From assembly GCA_009602735.1 (NCBI GenBank), contig WELA01003469.1:227292-291291 (forward strand): 64,000 bases of DNA, in the 5' to 3' direction. The stretch's first letter is position 1, and each line of letters begins with the position of its first letter. Positions 48,304-61,573 of the stretch are shown piece by piece. Origin of the DNA: Mesotaenium endlicherianum (lineage: Eukaryota). The position numbers and the translations under genes are program-made. A model generated the notes under the pieces. It saw only the letters and a list, made by a program, of their open reading frames with translations, searched no databases and was not told the DNA's origin.

Positions 48304-51300
48304 ATGGCAGCTACCAGCTGTTTTGCCGGTAGTTTGCTTACTTCGATAGGCACTCGTAGTGGTCATAGCTATAGCATGCTACATACAGAAGTCACAGGCA
48401 CACATCCATGTGCATTTCTAAAACACGACCCTCAACAAAAAGCCGTGGGATGGAAGTTGGAAGTAGCCGCAAGAGCTAAAAGTAATAGCGTTATGATGCC
48501 GAGAGGGACACTGGCTAGGAAACGTCGTGAAATTGCACACATGGGAAACCGGGTGGCAAGTTTCACGTTAAACAGCTCCTTCATAGGTGCTGCATATTCT
48601 TCTGCTACCAGTTCGATCCAAGGCTCCCAGCTGTTGCCTTTTGGTCATATGAAGACCAGTACCTTAATTAACAAGGTTGCAAGGCGGCAAGGCGTTTCAT
48701 GTAGAGGAAGTCTAAGTTTAGCAGAGGCTTTTAGAGGTGGCGATAGAGTGGAGAGCGACAGATTACCTCCGACATTGAGGGAGACTACTATGAAGGCTGT
48801 GGAAGCACTTGGAGGAAGAGTTACAGTAGGTGATGTAGCTGCTAGAGCTGGCATACAAGTAACCGAAGCTGAGAAAGCGTTGAAAGCGTTGGCTTCAGAT
48901 ACTGGAGGTTTCTTAGAGGTATCTTCTTCGCAACTTACTCTCCACTCTGCTGCCTAGCACGTGTTGGGCATTTCTAAATTCTTGGGGAGCATTGTCACTG
49001 TTACTATTTCTAATTGCTCTTATCATTACTATGTATAGTTGGTGGAAGACTGGGCTGCAGAATATTCTGTTGGGGTGTTCTTAATTAGTGAGAAGGAGAG
49101 AGAGGGAAGGGCTAAGCTTCACTTTCTGCCGTCTAGAGCCTCCTAAACCATCACATTAAGTTTAACTTTTTGCTTAATCACAAGAAGCACATCACCATGT
49201 GATGGTCTACATCGAGCCTAGCTATCATCCACCTGGCAAAGTCGCAGTTATGATCTGATTTGTCAGTATCTCCTCGCCATTTATACTCCTCTCCATCTCC
49301 TGCTGCAGGTTTCTGATGAGGGCGACGTGCTTTATGTGCTCCCTAAAAACTTCCGCACCAATCTGAGGAACAAGTCCTGGAAACTTAAGCTGGAGCCATT
49401 ATGGAGTAAAGTCAAGGTATTGTATGCTCACTCTTTGTTTTATGTCTTGGAGACAATGGGCACTTGCAGATAAGCAATGTCATTGTTGCTCTTGATGATA
49501 TCAAGATGTCGTTAATACACAATGTGACGAAGTCCTTTTACTGCTGCTGATGAGCTACATTGGGTGATAACTGTTTGTTTCGTGTTCATATGGGGGAACG
49601 TTGCTTGGGCTACCAGCAGGGCATTCTCACTACCAGGTTATTTTATTGAACGCTCATGTCTGCAAGGATGCTAGTGCACATGAACTTTGCAGATGCATCA
49701 ACCAATGAATGCTGACGTTATTCCGCTGTATTTTTGCCAAAGGGTTGGGACGTCTCTGCCTGACAAGGCTGCAAAAGGTTAAGCGGAGGGACAGACGTCT
49801 GCTGAGGGAGATTGCTGAGTTACGCCTCGTATCACTCACGTTTGGTGTGATTCTTGGACGAGAGCTAGGGAAGAATAGAGTTACTCCTGCGCGTCGAAAG
49901 GACCCGTCATAAGCAGTGCACGTGTGGCTGCGTGCATTTTTTCTTGTGGCAGGGTGCTGTGGAGTACTCCACGCGTATTGTGTTTGGATCAGCCCTCCTC
50001 GCTTCTATTGCTCTTGTGTCTGCGACCATTTTTGTTGTCTTAACATCAGCCAGCAGGTACGCATGGGCCTTCCTTGTTATGCAACGTGCAAAATTTTGCC
50101 GTCGGTTTTGGTTTTCTTTCTTTTTTCTCCCTTCCCAGCAGAACGTGTTCCCCCAGCTTCATTCTATAAACCAGAGGTGTGCCACATTCCTTAGAGGAGG
50201 TGAAGCTAAGTCCTGTCCTGCTTCGCAGCCTGTTTTGCAGCAAAAGCTTGTCCAAGTACTTTCAGCTGTGTTGGGACCTGATTCCTTACCTGTCTGCATC
50301 TTAGGCTGTGTGGCTTCTGCGTCCATCTGCAAAAACCTATCCTTTTTAGTACCCATGTAACAAAGTGCAGGCAAACTATTTCCTTGCCCAATCAGGCTTG
50401 CTCTCTCCATAAGGAGGAAACTTTGGGCCTTGCGTGGGAGTGGAGGGACGTATGGAATAAGTAGGCCCACTCACCCGCAAACATGCAGTGGACGAGGCAG
50501 ACAGGCCGGGTCCTTTTTTAAAGTATTTGGAGGGTGAAGTCTGATGCAGGAGCTCGGCCTGCGCTTAAGGGTGCTGCCGGGTATTCGAGTCATAGTTCCC
50601 TATTGCCCCTGATCTTACGTGCCGGTTTTAACAATACACGGCTGCTGTGCTCTCCCTCTCTTTCTCTCGCGCACACTTTGGCTGCAGTAGCAAGAACGAT
50701 GACAGAGACCGGGGCTCGTCTGGAGGAGGCGGGTACTACTACTCGCGCGGGCCTTCCTTTGGTCCGAGGTTGTTGTTCAACGTGTCGGACCTGTTCTGGT
50801 AAGCTTGCGTCGCCTGCCACCCTGCCACCTGTCGTGCGCGCTCCGCGCTTGCTAGTCTTGCGTGCTCTGAGCTCACTGAGTGTCATCCTGGAGAAGTTTT
50901 GCCCGGGGAGGGTGGGCACACGAGCACTGCTGCTAAAGAGCTCCAAGCTTGCAAGGCCTGTTGACTATGGGGCGTGTTGGTATCTGCACACGATGGGCAT
51001 GAAGCTGGCAGTCTCGTTCTCTGAGATGCACCGGAGGGGGGGGGGGCCTGCAGGTACTGGGATCCATATTACAACAGGAACAGGCGCATGCGCCTGCAGC
51101 GCCGGGAAGGCCTCAACTTCTTTGAATCGGTATGTGTGTTAGCCCAGCTGCCTATAGCCTGTTGTTCTGAATGCTAGGGGGCATGCCCGGGTTACCAATG
51201 ACATGGGCAGGGGGGCTCCAGTTTGGGGTCTACTAGACTTTCGCCCGGAATTTGCATTCTTTTTTACAAAAGCGAGCCTTGCCTAGTGAAGTAGCGTGCA

Positions 51301-51317
51301 GACTCACTAGTACGTTA

Positions 51318-51412
<95 letters not shown>

Positions 51413-54400
51413 NCACACACACACTCATTCACACTTTGTGTGTGTGCATGCGTGTTGGTATGACCAGGTGTTTTCGTTTGTATTCGGCGATGGAGACCCC
51501 AATGAGGGAGCAGACGAGCTCCGCTGGAAGACTGTAAGCATGATGCTCAGTTGCCCTCCTCACCTCGCATTGCTGGCTGCAAGGGGGCACTAAAAGCCAT
51601 CCATCTGTCTATATTCCTGCTGTGTACTCCTGTGTTGCGAAAGGTCAACGCCTGTTTGGTCTCACCCGTCTCCTTGATAGGGATTAGAGTTCTCGTAGCA
51701 GCACTTCATGTATTGCTGATAGAAGTGGATCCCCCCAGCCCAGCCCATCCCATCCCCCTGTTCCTCCCTGGTTGTGCAAGTGCATGCACGTCACCTATGG
51801 GAGGGTGCTATGGCTAGAAATGGTAGTAGGGAAAGGAGCGAACAGGCATAGGGCCTGGCTTGCTTTGTCCCTCGTGGGAAGCTGGGGCATGCCACTGTTA
51901 TGCCCAGCACTGGTTAAGTTGGACTGTTGGGCAGGCTAGCCTGGAACTTGTCTGCGCGACGCTATTATTGATTCCTTGTCAGTGAGAGCTGAATGCGTTC
52001 ACTGTTTACTGGCCTTGCAGGTTGGAGACTTCATAGCCAAGAAGGGAGGCGTGGTGACTGGGGAGGAGCTGGCCCCCTTTCTGGACCCGCCCCCCATGGA
52101 CATCAACTCCTCAGTGAGTGCATTGTCGCCTCTTGGCGACTGCACAATGTAAAGTGGGAGAGTCGTACAAAAGCCTCGACGGGTGGCAGATTCGTGGTCT
52201 AATTTCGTTACCGATGGCACTGCTACAATCAGAGAGGTGGTCAGGGACTTGTGCATCCGCGATCACCTGTCTTTCTGCTGGCTCCGTCTCTTTCACTAGC
52301 TTTTTCTGACCGGCGCTGCTGCTGCTGCTGCTGTGCTGCTGCTGCTGCAGGGGGACGAGTCGTTTGTGCTGCCCGTGCTGCAGCGCTTTGATGGCGTGCC
52401 CGAAGTTGACGACCAGGTGCGTTGCTGAGGCTGCACCCCTTCTCTCCTCCTGCTGCGTGCTGCTGCTCCCCTGTGTGGATTCCAAGTGATCATACTTGTG
52501 TGGTCAGTCATACCAGCACCTTTGTTGCCTCTAGGGATGGAGGGTCGGAGCGGCTTAGTGCAGAGTCACCAGTGCACGCATCAGACCTGCCTGGTGTCTA
52601 GCCTTTTCCCTGGGACACTACATGTTCAGCTGGCTAGCGTGACCACCCAGGAGGCTTCATGTCGTTCCTTCGCATCTTGGATAAAGGGGCAGCCTTTCCT
52701 GTGCTCGGAATATAAGCAGGCAGTAGTAGTTGGGGTCGTGATTGCTCAGCCATGTCATCATCATGATAAAGACGGGCTGCCAGCTCTGCACAAAGCCCCC
52801 GAGGTGCTCAGGGCGTGGGTCGGTCTTCAGGTGGTGATGAGTGCAGCTGGTGGCCAAGGTTCTGGGCGTTGTGTCACACGGACAGCAGTGGTGGACATAC
52901 TGAGCCGTGAGAATAAAGAAAGGGGGGAGGGGGCGGTGTTGCGAGCTTGGATGCCCTGTGAGGATGGGAGGGCATCCCTAGTGCTGCTGATGGTGCCGCA
53001 GGCCACTTGGTTGCATTCTGGGAGTGTCCATTGAAGGCTCGCTTCCTGGAGAGCAGAGGGGTGGCAGCAGGGAGCTGAGCTCCAATCAAGAATGCTGACA
53101 GGACCTCAGTGTTGTCACACCTTCCTTCCCACACCTGCTGGTGGTGCTGCTGGTGGGCGTGCATGGATGCGCAGGGCAACATCCTGTACGTGTTCCCGCA
53201 GCTGCAGAGAACAGCAACGGACTGGCTGGGGCGCCAGAAGGTGAAGGTGGACTCCTCGGCGCCCGCGGGCGACCACTTCCAGGAGAGCCAGTGGAAATTC
53301 ACGTAAGCAACCGCCCCCGCCCCCGCCCCCGCCCCCGCACCCCGCTTGCCACCCTGGGGTGACGAGGACTGAAGTGACGTCCTTGTTGGAATGTGTGTTC
53401 CTGGTAGAGGGCACAGCTTGTTGTGGTTGATTATTGGTGAGTCAGGGTGGGGAAGCGTTCTGCGTGTTGAGTGTGCTGGTCACCAGCACAGCTTTCAAGT
53501 ATTGATACACTCCGTGATTTATTTTTTGCTGCCAATAAGTAAAGGAGGGTCATTTTGCCGTGGCTGGAATGTGTGCGGTTGGTTGATAAAAGCAGGGACG
53601 GGGACAGCCGTTACTTTGCTGGTTGCAGGCGCCTGACAACGCTGGTTGCTTTCTGCACAAGGAACAGCATGCTTTCGAGGTTACATGAAGCCATTTGTGG
53701 GTGTTGCGCTGAGTGTAGCGTGAGAGTTATGACTCCTGTCTAACCCCAGCATACTGACAACTGCGTGCCAAGGCTTGTGACGCCGGGGGGGGTCTGCGGA
53801 GCTGCTCATTTCCTCGTGCCTGGCGGCAGTATGCAGAAAGGGCGTCTTAGTGCTGCATGCGTTCTCGGAGTCGGTAGGATGTTGACTATTCGCAGGTCGA
53901 CGTGGATGAGGCTCGGACATAGGGTTTATGACCCCCCCTTCCGATGTTTGAAGTAGCCTCAGTTCTGGCAGGCCGAAAGTAGGACACGGAAGGAAGCCTT
54001 CCGAGTAAAGAAACGGCTCTCTACTGCCCGTTCTCCGTCCCACCGATTACAGTGACTGAGTTTAGTTGCGCTTCTCCTTTCTCAGCCTGTGTACCGAGGA
54101 CGTCAAGTCGCATGGCCCGTCCTGCTGTGCATTGCCATGGCTGCTCAGCACCGCATCTGTGCGGCTCTTGTTATCTCATGACAAGGAACGAGAGGGAATG
54201 GGGGCGCTGCAGGGAGGCGACGCAGGGGCAGCAGACGCTCGCCATCGCCCTCGGGGCCTTCAACTTTGTGGGCGTCGTCTTTGTGGGAAGCCTTCTCAGG
54301 TGCCTCCCACCCCTTCGCTCGCCTTGCCCTGCCCTGCCCTGCCCTGCCCTGGCCTGCCCTGCCCAGTAAGCTGCTTCCAGTCAGCTCCTAGTAAATCGAA

Positions 54401-56517
54401 GAGGTCGGGTGAAGCTACGAAATTAAAAAGTCCGACACAGCAGCAGGCCCAGAACAAGCGGAGTGGAGAAAATGTGCTCCTAGGTACAACAGAAGCAGAT
54501 AGCGAGGGGCTGGTGCATGTCTGGTGCTGCACATCGTGTTTCCCCACTGTGGTTCACACCGCGGGCCTGACTAGGTCCCGATGGGGCCTTGACCTTACTA
54601 TATCACTAATTCCTAATAGACCACAACGTTGGGGCGAGTGGATGTGCGCAGGGACCCACAGATAGTGCAGCAGATTGGCAGCGGACTCGTGTCCTTCACG
54701 GCATCTATCCTGCCTCTCCTGCAGGTCAGCACAGTTTCTCCTTGCTCGTTGCCTGTTAGCATTTGGCTTGTCTTAGATGTGGCTCGGGGTGTATTGGTGG
54801 TGCTTCCGGCCGCTGATGCCTGCAGGTAGGTCAGGAAACGCCATGTGTAGTGCATGCACATACTCCAGATATAAGCTGGGGTTCAAACCTATGCCTGGGC
54901 AACATCATGTGCAGCCTCAGCACACGCTCGTTGGGCGGTGGGCTGCGCAAAGCTTGTCTTGCAAGCGAGACAGGTTGAGGTGCACGGATTGCAAAATGCT
55001 GGCCAGTGGTTTTGCTGGGGTGATCACGTACTTGCCCGTCCTCGGCCGTCTATAGTTACTTTCAGAGCCCCGAAATTTCTCGTCACAAACTGACCACCAC
55101 GAGTGTCACTTACATTTGGCTTCATCAGCACGGCACGCCCTTTGACGAACCTTTAGCAACTTTCTCCCCCCGTTGAAAGAGGCCTCAAATCTGTGGCCAG
55201 TTGCAGCTCCCCACCTCTAGGAGCTCATGCGCCGGCCCTCTGCCCCTCCCTCTTGACACCCTCCTATGCGCTCCTGTCCCCTAGCAATTGTCAGCCATGG
55301 CTGCCAGCCCCTGTATGCTCACACCCACGCCCTCTCTTTACAAGCTGCCACTTTGTCGTATGGAGCCCTCTCCCATGACCTTTATATGAGCTGCTATTCT
55401 CAGCGTGGCTGCTCATGCCAGCGCTCCAGAGAGCACACTGTGCCAACCGAGGGTCCTATGAGACGAGTGACACAGAGAGTTGAGAGTTCAAATTCAGCGT
55501 GCCTCATTCTTAGGAGGTGCTGGCCAGTATGAACCGTTTGTTTTCCAGATTTTCCTGTTGTACGTGCGACAAAGGTACAGAGCCTCTTCTGCCCTCACAA
55601 AGCCAGCGGAGGGACTGACTGAAGAGTACTAACTTCTCCAATCTCCCGTGTGTGTCTGCCCCCTTTGTGTGGGCATGGTTGCAACAACAGGGCTATGCGG
55701 CGTCCTTCTTTGCGATTCCGGCTCTCAGGTGGTGGCAGCTGCAGAGGAAGAATGCCGTGATTAGCTCGCGCAACAAGGCCAGACTGGAGCGCGCTCTTGT
55801 CCTCACGCGGGCCGATTCGTCCTTGAAAAGAAAGGTCAATTTCGCCCCACCCTGGTATTTTTGTACTGTGTGCCTGTTCACGAGAGGGGAGGAAGACTTT
55901 GATAGGTGGTCTTCATGATGCGGCTGTGCCTTGTTGCACATGCCGTCTCGTCAAATGTCTCATGGCTATTTTTAAGTCGGTAGTGGCACAAGCGGAAGAT
56001 GGATGTATTATGGTGCCAATATTGTCGAGAGTTTGTCAGGTTCTTTGATACAGCCCTCACTTTCAGAACAGGCCTTCTTCATAAGTACTCGTGTTGCGGA
56101 ATTTCGATTTGTGGTTTCTATCGCCATAATGTACAAGTGGGTGTACCTGGGCTAGGCCCCCATTTTTCTCCTTCAGCAAGCAGTGTAGACGCCAGGTAGC
56201 TCCTTCCTCGACGTGAGCTAGCTTAAATAGTACAACAGCCTGTACTGTTGCAAAGATTGTGCAGTGTTAACCTTTTGCTCTGCTTCTTCTTGAGGACAGA
56301 GGAGGACTAATACGACTCTGAGCCGTTCTGTCTGCAGATGATGAGTGCGAGGGAGAAAGCACAGAGCACCCTCATTGGCAGTGACAGGATTATTTACTCC
56401 ACAGACAGAGATCTGTCCACTCAAGACGTAGAGGGGGCAGAGTGGGAGAGAAGGCTGCAGGAAGCTGAAGTGCAACAGAAACAGAAGATGTACTTGGATT
56501 CGGACACGACTCGATAG
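48304..56517 (+). CDS. Conserved uncharacterised plastid membrane protein, At5g03900-like (about 616 aa)
   Basis: 13 GT-AG exons: 48304-48918, 49309-49416, 49953-50056, 50688-50798, 51054-51129, 51468-51533, 52021-52113, 52351-52416, 53175-53302, 54213-54299, 54652-54724, 55691-55834, 56338-56517. Total 1851 nt, in frame. Motifs: GGRVTVGDVAARAG, LASDTGGFLEVSDEGDVLY, DLFWYWDPYY, NFFESVFSFVFGDGDPNEG, GGVVTGEELAPFLD, GNILYVFPQLQRTA, RIIYSTDRD. Family recognised from memory; the exact start Met is uncertain. Confidence 0.88.
51322..51410. repeat. 89-nt poly(C) tract in an intron
   Basis: Seen directly; followed by an N and (CA)n. Confidence 0.8.
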
Positions 56518-59500
56518 GGCATGCAAGTGCCTCCGACAAGTGACACTTGTTTGTGGCGTGTTACTTATTAGTTGGGCCCACGGAGTATTCTTGGCTTCAG
56601 GATGAGCAGGTCTTGGAAGCGTGCGCGTTGAAGTTTGATGTGGATAGGGCAGTGGATTCTTACATTGCTTTCACTTGTATGTCATATGTATATACACTTG
56701 CTCTCTTGTAGATCATTGCTTGGTAGAGTGCTGAAGGCTACCTGAAGGGCACATTGCGAGAATCAGACACCTTGATTTGCTTTAATATTTCCGTTAGTGC
56801 GCTGTAGTGAAAAGTGCTTGAGACAAGAGTTTGTGTATAATAAGCATAGTAATATCTCCTCCTTGTCGTTTAATTTGCCTTCCCTGCAGTGGTGTCAACT
56901 CCTTCTCCGGTTCAATTGACCATCTCAATCTCACGTTGTGTAAAGGAGGGCGGGTGAACAGTGCTTTATCAAGTTTTCATTTCAAATGGGAACACGTTCT
57001 TAATTGGTGAAAGGGTGGCCATTTGTTGCAGATGAGCAGAAGTAGACTACAGGTAGGAGATCAAACAAATTGTCCACAGTTAGTCAAAGGATGTCAGCCA
57101 AAACCAATCCAAACCAGCAAGAACCAGCCAGACAAAGTGTGCAACTGTCCCATTTTCCCCCTTTTTGCTAACGGTGCAAGTTGGGTCAAAGTTAGTTCTG
57201 TTTCATCTCTTCTTGAATAACGTCCGCAATTTTTCAGTGCTAAAATTGGCGTAAATATTGTTTCTTGGTTTCTTCTTTCCCACTAAGGGCCAGTTTACAG
57301 TGGCCAAATCGATGCCTGGTCGATTGATTGGAAAGTACTTCGCTGTACCTTGAAGTACATTTTCAATTTTAGCGCGATGAAACTGGTGTTTACAGTGGTG
57401 TCAAGGCGCGACGCGATTGATTGAAGTTTGTGAAGAATTTGATTGAACTTTCTGGTTTCAATCAATCGACCTCGCATTTTCAATTCTGCTCTCGAGCAGA
57501 ATTGAAATTCTGGAATGTGTTCGACCTCTCGAATGACCCATCCTCGACGACCACTCGATCGATAAGGACTGTCGGTATTAGGTAGGGGAATCAAATAAGG
57601 ATGACCCGTGGAGTACTTTCTTTTTTTTGCCAACGAATTCGGGACGACAAGGAATAGAGAATAACAATATTCGCGTCCACCAAGTTTCTACACAACACTC
57701 GTCTCTGAACGTATCGCGCACAGATTTGTCTAATTTTAAGAGCAAGATGAACGATGCACGATGTTAAAATATGCTTTGTGAGGTCTGACCGAGCCCGGAA
57801 ATGACGCGGAGACGAAACGCGACATTATGTGGAGGGAATTGTACCATTTCCCTCAATCAATTTATAATTTATTCATACGCCTTTCTTTTTTTTTGGGTGC
57901 CTGTGCACTGTGAACGCTTTCTTGTTTAGCTGTTCGAAACTTGGTCGTCTATTTTGTCTTCGTCGCTTCGATCTCGTAATTTTCAATTCCGCTATTCGCG
58001 TTGATCAATCGAGTGCCTGTGGCCACTGTAAACCAGCCCTAAGAAGAGTTGTGTCAAAAGCCAACGACTGTTGGCTCGGGCTCGGAAGTTGGTATCCACT
58101 GGTACGCGCTGTAGCATGCGCTGTAGTACTGATTAGTACAATATTTGAACGAATTGATGGACATGAATACAATCTATTGGCAGGTTTGACCTGCGTTTGA
58201 CTGCTTTCGATGGTATACACCAGACTCCAGTGTATACCATGGTGTGTACTGCCGCGCAGCTGCCCCGGCTTTAACCAGCTCTAATGGTCGGTTGAGATGG
58301 GATGCAGAAGCCTGCTTAAGCGTGCCTATCTGATAAGGGAAAGGGCCCCCTTTTTGCGAGGAAGAGTGAAAGCCGCGACAAGTGTAAGACGTCAGGGTGC
58401 CGAAAGAAATACGGAGGTCTCGGACTAGACCGGTTTCATCTGTCCCTCCAGCGGGGATTGATCATGCCTGCAGCACAAGCAGGGTCGACATTGGTAATTG
58501 ACCGGCTCAGCTCCCAGCATTTACCACACAAGCCAACTGTATCCCCCCAGTTCGTAGAAGTCAGCAGCTTTAAAACTTCTGCTTTGAGCCGTATGAAGAT
58601 GTTTGAAAGTGCGCAATGCAATTCTTAAATTATTGAAGAGAGAGAAGATTGGAGTTGGTGAAGCGGAAGAATAGTTACAACTTAGAAGGCACAGGTAATC
58701 CACACAATTAACATGAAAGGAAAGCTGCAGGCTTCCTGATTCTCAAGCCCTGCCCTGCACCAAGTCCCTTTCGTAATAGTAACGGTGAGTTTTAGCATAT
58801 GACTGACATCCTGCGTCATTTCCGTTCTGCTTTCACATAACCTTATTAAGCTGACGAAAACACCTGGTTGTCTAGCTGCAAGCTAACGTGATCTGCAGCA
58901 GAGTGCAAACTCCTGAGTGCCCCCGCGGAACGGTCAGCAACAGAATGTAGCCTTTAATTTGAGTATTTGCGACACCTGTGCATGAAACAATCGCATGCAC
59001 ATGCTGTACAGAACTTCAAGCAGTGCCTGGTTTGACACCTATACACAGCGGTTCAAAATTCACTTCTCAGGTTAGCAGACTGGGTTAAGGAAAGATGACA
59101 ACAAGTTCAGCTCTTTTTCACTCCCATCCAGCCATTTCAGTTTGTTTCTCCCTGGTGCTACCTGTAAAGGCTATATATTGATTGGGAGCTCTTGCAAATT
59201 AACAATGGGGAGGGCGGAGCTTTAGGGAGGGAAGGGAAAGGGGTTGAAACTTGAAGGGGGCAGGGGGGAGGGGAGGGAGGGAGAGGGGTGGTCATGGTTT
59301 CTCTATGTCTTCAATGATTCTGTGAGGTGGTTCTGTTAGTTGACGAGTGTAATGCTGTCAGCTTAGTACCTCCCGCAGGTTACTGGAGCGGGTAGAGATG
59401 GGNACAAATACACCTCAAGTAATATGTACACAGGAGTTTCACAAGTAACAAAATGGTTTGATCTTTGTATGTAAATCTGGCCCGTCAGGCCTGTTCTTGT

Positions 59501-60620
59501 CCAGAGGGGATGGGCACTCTCCCTTGTGGAGTGAGCTATACTCTGAAGCCAAGAAATTTGAGTATACCTGGCTTCATTGCAGGGCCGCTTCAAGTGCCAG
59601 CTTCTTGCGCCTGCTCAGCCCAACCCAAAGGGCCGACAGCTGCCATCAGCACTTGGCCTAACCTCAATTAATTTGACCTCATCTCTCTGTCCCTGTCAAG
59701 GAATGTTCTGTGCTATGCGGTTGGGATTGTAAAAAAGCAGCAGTATCTGTTGCCCTTCAACTGTTGCGCGCTCAGTTACCACCTGTCTTTTCATGATTCG
59801 TTGAGCAGTTCTGGTAGGCCGCTCATCTGCTTTGCCATGTCTGGAAGCTCATCCAAATGCCACCTGTCCTTCATTGCTTTCTCTGTGGTGTGGGCAGCAG
59901 GCTGCTTGTTCGCTCGGCCGCGTGCACGCTCTACTTTCTTCTTGGCTGCTCGTCCACCACCAGCCTCTTTGCCGAGGCCTACCTCGGTTTCTGCTGCTGC
60001 TCAACCTCACTCCCTTCCAGGTCCTATCACACGCGTGCACTCTTCTCCCCTGTTATTCTCACATTCTAGCGCGGCTACTTGGTGACAAATTCTCCAGAGA
60101 TCTTGTTTCTTGGTCACACAAGCACAGACGCCAACGCCTCACCCTTTGGCACCATCTCCATGCCAAGATCACAACCTCCCCAGTCCCTTATAGCAGTCTC
60201 GGTCGTGCTGGCGCACGTTCCTCGTCTTCGTGTCCTGTGCACGAGCTGCCGCTCTCAGACTTGTTCTCTAATTGATGGACAATTGGATGTCACACTACTG
60301 CGACTACGTGCACGCCCGCTCCTCATTTCACCCTCAGCCTCCTGCCTTCTGGGATCCAGCTCATGTGCTGCCACACCCCATGTCGCTACTTTTCCATTTA
60401 TTCTTTCATAGCTGTCTCGCCAGGTGTGTTTCTCTTTGTGCGTGCAGGTTGGGGGACGTGACGGCTTGCACAGCGAGGGTGTCCTTCAGTTTTTTCTTAA
60501 TCGTAAGCTCCATTGCACGGGGGTAGCAAGCAGTAATACGTCATGGGTTCAAAGGTAAAATCCCTAAAAGAGGTGTTGGCAAGATTGGACAAGGATTAAA
60601 AAAAACAAAAAGTAATACAC

Positions 60621-61300
60621 ATGAGGAAGGTTGAGGCTAAGGCAGAGACAAGTGGCAGGGTGCCAGCGCCGGAGCTGTGGGAGAGACAACATCCTCGTTC
60701 CCGGAAGGGCAAGGAGCTAGCGACAGAAAAAGCAGACTGGGAAGCTGAGGCAAAGGTAGGCGGCACGGCAGTGGAGTTGGAGTTGGAGTCGGAGCTGGAG
60801 CTGGAGTCGGAGTGGGAGCCGGAGCCGGAGCTGGAGTCGGAGTGGGAGCCGGAGCCGGAGCTGGAGTCGGAGTCGGAGCCGGAGCCGGAGCGTCGGCCAC
60901 CACGGAGGCGGTCAGACGAGGCCGAAGCTGGCCCATCCGGGGTACGCTGTCCTTCACCTCGACGCCGACCTCGCGTGCGACGCCGGGCGGCAGGCCCCCG
61001 CGTCCTCGTTGGGTGCGCTGCAGCAGGCTGCCCTGCGTCGTGGGGCAGCCCGCTGCAGCCTGCCCGATGACAACTTCGCGTGCATGCGTGCGTGTGCTCG
61101 TGCGTGTTGGGAAGCGACTGGCTGTGACAGTGTGCGTGTGCGTGTGTGCGAGCCGGCGGGGGGGGGGCTTGCTGGGGGTGCATGCGCGGGGGGGCCGCAC
61201 GCATGTGGTTGGGCGAAAGAAGTGTGGGCTTGTGAGGGCGCATGCACAGGTGTGGTGTGTGTGTGCGTGTGTGTGCATGCGCGTGTGTGTGTGTGAGTGT

Positions 61301-61354
<54 letters not shown>

Positions 61355-61573
61355 ATCTGCATCTGCATATGCGCATAGGTTGTGTGGAGGTGTTGCGGCG
61401 CGGCCCGTGCTGACCCTGGCTTGCCGCTCATTGTGCAGCCACAGGTTGTTGGCGAGCCGGCTGGACCGGACGCGCCTGCTGCCCATGCATTGCAAGTTGG
61501 AAATGGGGCTGTTGGGGAAGCAAGCCAGGCATTGACAAGTGATGCGACCGCTCGGCTGGCCGAATTGCCTCCG
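60621..61573 (+). CDS. Possible fragment of a low-complexity hypothetical protein gene
   Basis: ORF MRKVEAK...(E/P/S-rich repeat)...GPSG ends at a candidate donor (ggg|gtacgc, about 60941). After a (GT)n-containing gap there is a candidate exon cag|GTTGTT...CCG|gtgagt (about 61446-61573; VVGEPAGPDAP...ELPP). No recognisable domain. Confidence 0.3.
60770..60891. repeat. Hexamer-based tandem repeat (GAGNNG)n with a 30-bp higher-order unit
   Basis: gagctggagtcggagtgggagccggagccg occurs about 3 times, preceded by gagttg units. Confidence 0.85.
61252..61353. repeat. (GT)n microsatellite
   Basis: Seen directly in the sequence. Confidence 0.9.
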
